Notes under the pieces: model-generated
What the model was told of the DNA's origin: nothing
The model's database searches: none
What the model saw: the letters and a program-made list of their open reading frames with translations, nothing else
Origin: Candidatus Moraniibacteriota bacterium
GTDB lineage: Bacteria > Patescibacteriota > Minisyncoccia > Moranbacterales > GCA-2747515
Assembly: GCA_046116545.1 (NCBI GenBank)
Contig: CP175956.1
Location: 897,734-961,733, forward strand
Length of the DNA stretch: 64,000 bases
Direction: 5' to 3'
Program-made: the position numbers and the translations under genes
Part shown: one piece after another, positions 59,600-64,000 of the stretch
How positions within the stretch are numbered: position 1 is the stretch's first letter
How the letters are laid out: each line of letters starts with the position of its first letter

Positions 59600-60799
59600 C
59601 TATACTCTAGCAATTTTCTTTTTCAAAAAAATGTCTCCTATCAAATAACTGATTGTGATAACTACAAACATACTGGCAGCAGCTAATACAAAGCTCACAT
59701 TAAATATATTTATTGTAACTACCAAAGCTCCAAAAAAAATCATATTTGAAAACATATGTACAGTATTCCGCCAAGTCGACGCTGAAAGAGTGTCTAGTTT
59801 TTCACCTTTTTCATAAATATAACTATCCAATGGAATACTGATTAGGATTGTAAATATTCCAACTAAAAAAATACTTAGATAATAGAATAAACCATTATCA
59901 ATTACTATCCTCATTACCCAAACAAGCGCTATTAAAGCACTGCCAACAGCTATCATAACATTTCGTCTTTGTCTTGTAGCCTTCCCTGTCCAATATGTAA
60001 AAATGATTGTTGTTAAAGATATAATAATTGGTATAGCCGCAACCGATTCTATGTTTGCAAAAAATAAATATATGAATAATGGCCATATCACATTTTCTGC
60101 CTGACAATGAACACTATAAAAGCCTGTTGCAACATAATCTTTAACTACGTACCAACTATTAAAAAATTCTTTAAATGTTTTTTGATCTCTCTCTGGTTTA
60201 TCTGGAAGGTTTTTTATTTTAAATAGTGGGATAATAGAAGAAATAAGAAATATAATACTAACAACAATTAAAGCTTTCTTACTGAAAAAAATCAACACTA
60301 GCACACCTAAGAAAGGTGCTATCATACCGGCAATCTTTCTTACAATTGCTAAAGTGCTCGCGTCACCTGAAACATTGTCATCGTTTTTGCTACACTTCAT
60401 GAATAGATACAAATGAGCTATCCAATAAAATGTATCATATATTGCAGCAAATATTGCCACACATACAAGCAATGTCCAATCGTTTGTAGTTAAATTGAAC
60501 AAACCAATGAAAAATGCAATTGAAAATAGAGAACCTATTATTATAACCTTTCTTGCACCTATCTTCCTCACTAACCATCTAGCAAAAAAATTTAATGGAA
60601 TATCAAAGAGATTATACAAAAAATAATAAATCATGATCTCACCAATTTCATATCCAACCTGCAATAAGAAAATTGGAATAAATACAGCAATCATTGCACG
60701 TGAAAATGCATGTAACCAAATAGAAAGTTCGAAAAGCCAAAATTCAGAATGAATTAATTTATGTATGTTATTTTGATGATGGATATGAAATAATTGCAT
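59600..60799 (-). CDS. MFS-type transporter
   Basis: About 12 TM segments in two halves with an MFS-like loop motif. Confidence 0.55.
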   Translation of the reverse strand: MQLFHIHHQNNIHKLIHSEFWLFELSIWLHAFSRAMIAVFIPIFLLQVGYEIGEIMIYYFLYNLFDIPLNFFARWLVRKIGARKVIIIGSLFSIAFFIGLFNLTTNDWTLLVCVAIFAAIYDTFYWIAHLYLFMKCSKNDDNVSGDASTLAIVRKIAGMIAPFLGVLVLIFFSKKALIVVSIIFLISSIIPLFKIKNLPDKPERDQKTFKEFFNSWYVVKDYVATGFYSVHCQAENVIWPLFIYLFFANIESVAAIPIIISLTTIIFTYWTGKATRQRRNVMIAVGSALIALVWVMRIVIDNGLFYYLSIFLVGIFTILISIPLDSYIYEKGEKLDTLSASTWRNTVHMFSNMIFFGALVVTINIFNVSFVLAAASMFVVITISYLIGDIFLKKKIARV

Positions 60800-61130
60800 T
60801 TTTGATATTGTTACGACTCTTTAGCTACAATTATACCACAATTGTAATATCCCAAAATGAATATCATCTACTGTTACACTATGACTTGTAAAATATATAA
60901 ATCTGACATACTCCCCATCCTATTTTTTATTTCTTGCTATGAAATAATATGTATCAACAGTTAGTGTTGTTTCTTTAAAAATTTCTTTATAGATCCTTTG
61001 ATGACTCAACGTAGTCATCCAGAATTTCGGTCATTTTCTTTTTTCTTTCCATACGCTGTTTTTGATATGGCTGAAAACGCTGTAAATTATTGAAAGTTCG
61101 AGGTCTGGCTCGATACGGGCAACTTTTTTA

Positions 61131-61170
61131 CAAAAAAAAATCAGACTTAGAATATTTTCTAAGTCTGATA
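61131..61170 (-). terminator. Terminator for the 61189-61587 gene
   Basis: ATCAGACTTAGAA-tatttt-TTCTAAGTCTGAT with a 9-A/T run. Confidence 0.7.
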
Positions 61171-61188
61171 GTAGTTCATTAACTCTAT

Positions 61189-61587
61189 TTAGCAAATGGT
61201 AATTATACAATCACCATCCTCATCGCCACTCGTAGGATTTCCATAGCGACTTTCACATTTTCGCAAAGCCACCATAGTGACATCTGAAAACCATTCCCTA
61301 TTGAGAGATTTATCAAATGCCTCCAGAAGTACCTCAAGGTCATCCATTAAGGAGCTTGAAAACGAATTTATCACTGGTCCCCACATGCAATCAAATTGCC
61401 TTGTACCCATATCATCTCCATTTTCATCAAAAATGTTATAGGTAGTACAATTACGACTTGTTGAAATACAAATAATATGTATTTTTTTGTCTGGGGGTAA
61501 ATTTAACCCCATATTCACATCAATGAAAAGGGTTGCATGGTAATCTTTTTCACGTTTTCTAAAAGATGCTGGTAACTGTGCATTCAT
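61189..61587 (-). CDS. Hypothetical protein (132 aa)
   Basis: AAGGAGA RBS; no recognisable domain. Confidence 0.4.
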   Translation of the reverse strand: MNAQLPASFRKREKDYHATLFIDVNMGLNLPPDKKIHIICISTSRNCTTYNIFDENGDDMGTRQFDCMWGPVINSFSSSLMDDLEVLLEAFDKSLNREWFSDVTMVALRKCESRYGNPTSGDEDGDCIITIC

Positions 61588-61640
61588 GATTATCTCCTTG
61601 GTTTTTGAAATATTCTAATTTATTATTAATGTAACTGATA

Positions 61641-61669
61641 ATAATAGCATATATTTATCAATTTGTCAA
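61641..61669 (-). promoter_or_regulatory. Consensus promoter TTGACA-17-TATTAT
   Basis: -35 at 61664-61669 and -10 at 61641-61646, both on the minus strand. Confidence 0.5.
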
Positions 61670-61707
61670 TCACTACCATTTAGATTCTACTCCAAAACTG
61701 AAGTCAG

Positions 61708-61738
61708 AAGCGTTCGAACCTCATCCCATAGGGCCAAC
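61708..61738. promoter_or_regulatory. 31-nt conserved element, copy 1 (AAGCGTTCGAACCTCATCCCATAGGGCCAAC)
   Basis: It lies exactly 38 nt upstream of the -35. A 29/31-identical copy is at 62567-62597. Confidence 0.5.
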
Positions 61739-61783
61739 AAATAAAAGTTACTTTTTGTCAAGAAAATTTTTAATTTTTTAGAA

Positions 61784-61817
61784 TAAAAAAAGACATAAGG
61801 GAGGTTACCTTATGTCT
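61784..61817 (-). terminator. Terminator for the two-gene small operon
   Basis: AGACATAAGG-gaggtta-CCTTATGTCT with an A/T run. Confidence 0.65.
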
Positions 61818-61877
61818 GTACTATTTTAACAACATTGTTGATTCCTTCTTTTCATTTTTTTGATGTATTTACATCTT

Positions 61878-62084
61878 CTAACGATAAAAATGTTGTGTGT
61901 ATGTTTGTGCACCTTTTCGTGCTTGAAATGCATGTCCTTGTCCTGCTGCATAATCATCTATTACCATAACTTGACCACTTGGTATCCAACCATCTTCCAA
62001 TGCTTCTTGCACTTTCTGATGAAAGATATCTACCATATGTGGACATGGACAAGACTGAGTTACTGTTTTTGATTCTCGTTTCAT
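61878..62084 (-). CDS. Hypothetical small protein (68 aa) with SCPCPH...H motif
   Basis: It follows the 87-aa gene after 23 nt, with an RBS-like AAAAGGTGA. Confidence 0.4.
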   Translation of the reverse strand: MKRESKTVTQSCPCPHMVDIFHQKVQEALEDGWIPSGQVMVIDDYAAGQGHAFQARKGAQTYTQHFYR

Positions 62085-62107
62085 AATTCACCTTTTTCAT
62101 ACAATGC

Positions 62108-62371
62108 TTAATCTTGAAAAAAATGAGCAATTGAAGAATCATAATCTCTAATTGCCTGATTCGCATTTTCGAGTGCTTGACGAGTCTCTTCTACGTATTG
62201 AGCAGAATAACCAGATCCCGGTCCCTGAAATTCCTCACTTATACGAGACAAAGTATCTCCAAACTGTTTCAAATAAAATGATGCATCAGATGGAGAAGTA
62301 GTCAATCCTTCAGTAGTTACTCGTTGACATTCTTCTATAAGCATATTGCATTCTTCTACATGGGAATTCAT
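62108..62371 (-). CDS. Hypothetical small helical protein (87 aa)
   Basis: Predicted helix-turn-helix hairpin with central QGPGSGY; long 5' UTR. Confidence 0.4.
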   Translation of the reverse strand: MNSHVEECNMLIEECQRVTTEGLTTSPSDASFYLKQFGDTLSRISEEFQGPGSGYSAQYVEETRQALENANQAIRDYDSSIAHFFQD

Positions 62372-62499
62372 AATTAAACCTCTTTACATTTAAAGTTTAA
62401 AAACTAAACAAAAAACACCTCTTTACATCAACTTTATTTATCTATAGAAATCACCTCCTTTTGTTGAATTTATGTTTTATTATTAAAAGACAATATTTA

Positions 62500-62528
62500 A
62501 TAATATATCAAAAGTGACTTTTTGTCAA
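62500..62528 (-). promoter_or_regulatory. Consensus promoter TTGACA-17-TATTAT
   Basis: -35 at 62523-62528 and -10 at 62500-62505 on the minus strand. Confidence 0.5.
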
Positions 62529-62566
62529 TATCAAGAACCTACATTTTAATCCGAAGAAAAGAATAA

Positions 62567-62597
62567 AAGTGTTCGAACTTCATCCCATAGGGCCAAC
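62567..62597. promoter_or_regulatory. 31-nt conserved element, copy 2 (AAGTGTTCGAACTTCATCCCATAGGGCCAAC)
   Basis: Exactly 38 nt upstream of the -35, the same spacing as copy 1. Confidence 0.5.
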
Positions 62598-62895
62598 GAT
62601 TTTTGAATAAACAAAAAACCCACCAAAGCAGATTTTCTGCTGATGGGTTATAATCTACTTTCTAATGTAGGAAGATTATTAAGTATTTCCTCTATTTCAT
62701 TAAAAATTTCATATATTGAATCAATGTGGTGGTTGTCGTGCAAGAGGATTAATTCAAAATGGTGATTATCTTGCCAAAGATCCACATTGCTGGCTTTGAT
62801 TACATTCACAGTATTTGCATTTATAACAAGTCACAATCCATTATAGAGAGTGACTTGTCTTTTTTTAAAAATGATTTTCTTATATACTATAAAAT

Positions 62896-63360
62896 ATGAA
62901 TAAATATTTACAACAATTTGTAGAGGGGAAATTTCAAAAACCTGGCAAGTCCTTGGATCTAGGTGCTGGTGATTTTGAAGATGTTAATTTTTTAAAAAAT
63001 AATGGTTGGCAAAGTGATGGTGTTGATTTAACAGGCGGAATAGACCTTAAACAAAAATTTATAGCTAAAAATCACCCCTATGATTTAGTTTATTCCAACT
63101 ATGTAATACACAAAATATTAAATCAAAAAATATTTATTGAAACAATTTTTAATAATTTAAAAAAAGATGGTTTTGTATTTTTACACACATTCGAAGCTAC
63201 TGACAAAAACAGTCATTCAACGCTAACAGAAAAAAGTCTCTATGATTTATTATCGAAACAAAAGTTTAAAAAAATCAAAATACAGATAATCCCCTATTAT
63301 GATGCTGCAGATGGACATGATCATTGGCATAAAATTTTAGAAGCAACCGCACAAAAATAA
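62896..63360 (+). CDS. Class I SAM-dependent methyltransferase (small)
   Basis: LDLGAGDFED motif I and a Rossmann-like order. Confidence 0.65.
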   Translation: MNKYLQQFVEGKFQKPGKSLDLGAGDFEDVNFLKNNGWQSDGVDLTGGIDLKQKFIAKNHPYDLVYSNYVIHKILNQKIFIETIFNNLKKDGFVFLHTFEATDKNSHSTLTEKSLYDLLSKQKFKKIKIQIIPYYDAADGHDHWHKILEATAQK

Positions 63361-63424
63361 AAAGGTATGGGTATTTTTTGTAAATATTATTCACAATCCA
63401 CCCATACCTTATTTGCAGCAATCA

Positions 63425-63672
63425 TTAATTGAACCTTTGATTTACTGCTTCATTTCTAAAATCTTTAAAAATTTTTAATGATTTTTCCTGTAATTCCATA
63501 GTATGATCTCGACAAGTCTCCCTATCGATACCTTTTTCCTTAGTGAATACACTAAAAAAAGATTCTTGAAAATTTCCAAATACCATACAATAAGCATCAT
63601 CTACTCCATAGCAATCTATCGCTTTTTCAATTTTCTCAATATATTGAATAACATCTCCTAATGTTGCCATTT
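63425..63672 (-). CDS. Hypothetical small protein
   Basis: GGAGGA RBS 7 nt before ATG 63672 (MATLGDVIQYIEK...); the track ORF starts further upstream. Confidence 0.4.
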
Positions 63673-63802
63673 TAATTCCTCCATTTAAATTTACTTGCAA
63701 TTTTATATTTTAAAAAAATATTTCATGTTCTGCCATATATTGATAACTAATTTGCAACATTAAATAATACTATGATTTTATTATTTTGTCAATACTAGCA
63801 AA

Positions 63803-63988
63803 TCAATCCACCTGATCAGATATCACTAAATATAAAGCTATCACAAATCCAATGATAAATCCTATTATATGCACAAGTGCACCAAATCCATCATTACCAG
63901 ATACCATTATTTCAACTAATTGAAAATAGAAAAATATAGCTAAAAAACCTATGCTCAATCCAACTGTTGGAATCTTGCCAAATAACAT
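63803..63988 (-). CDS. Membrane protein fragment, possibly truncated at the window edge
   Basis: Two hydrophobic helices; it may extend upstream beyond position 64000. Confidence 0.25.
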   Translation of the reverse strand: MLFGKIPTVGLSIGFLAIFFYFQLVEIMVSGNDGFGALVHIIGFIIGFVIALYLVISDQVD

Positions 63989-64000
63989 CGCTATTTCATT

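Noticed and set aside
61708-61738. The 31-nt conserved element as a tRNA fragment or integration site (it contains GTTCGAAC, reminiscent of a T-loop)
   Set aside because: Neither strand can be folded into a T-arm with a flanking acceptor stem. The identical 38-nt spacing to consensus promoters fits an operator better.

Overview
This is an AT-rich, gene-dense bacterial window, read directly from the sequence with no database searches. Almost every gene is on the minus strand, with short intergenic regions and consensus sigma70 promoters and intrinsic terminators. The content fits a small-genome, possibly episymbiotic (CPR/Patescibacteria-like) bacterium, but that placement is inference only. 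Recognisable housekeeping blocks include the start of the dcw cluster (mraZ-rsmH-ftsL-ftsI, with ftsI running off the window edge) and a complete F1Fo ATP synthase operon (atpZ-B-E-F-H-A-G-D-C). Others are alaS, frr-rseP, murD, ispH, four tRNAs (Ala-TGC, Ile-GAT, Lys-TTT, Gln-CTG), a UvrD-type helicase-nuclease, MscS, an AlkD-like repair protein and a CaCA antiporter. There is also a leuB/leuCD-like pair whose 5' end carries a frameshift and an in-frame stop. The accessory features most worth a second look are: (i) a 2466-aa secreted giant protein built from phage-tail-fibre-like modules (tail-collar domain, Gly-rich domain, about 12 tandem 44-aa repeats, coiled coil); (ii) a split FtsK/VirD4-superfamily ATPase with a C-terminal zinc ribbon, a membrane-anchored partner and an adjacent sigma70-region-4/HARE-HTH protein; (iii) two small-gene cassettes each driven by a TTGACA-17-TATTAT promoter with the same 31-nt element exactly 38 nt upstream; (iv) a TruB-GT4 fusion gene next to GT-C-like membrane glycosyltransferase genes; (v) a dispersed 41-nt palindromic repeat with one copy inside the atp operon; and (vi) the mraZ promoter with four GTGGTG repeats and two tandem consensus DnaA boxes. 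No CRISPR array, reverse transcriptase, transposase or rRNA was seen.
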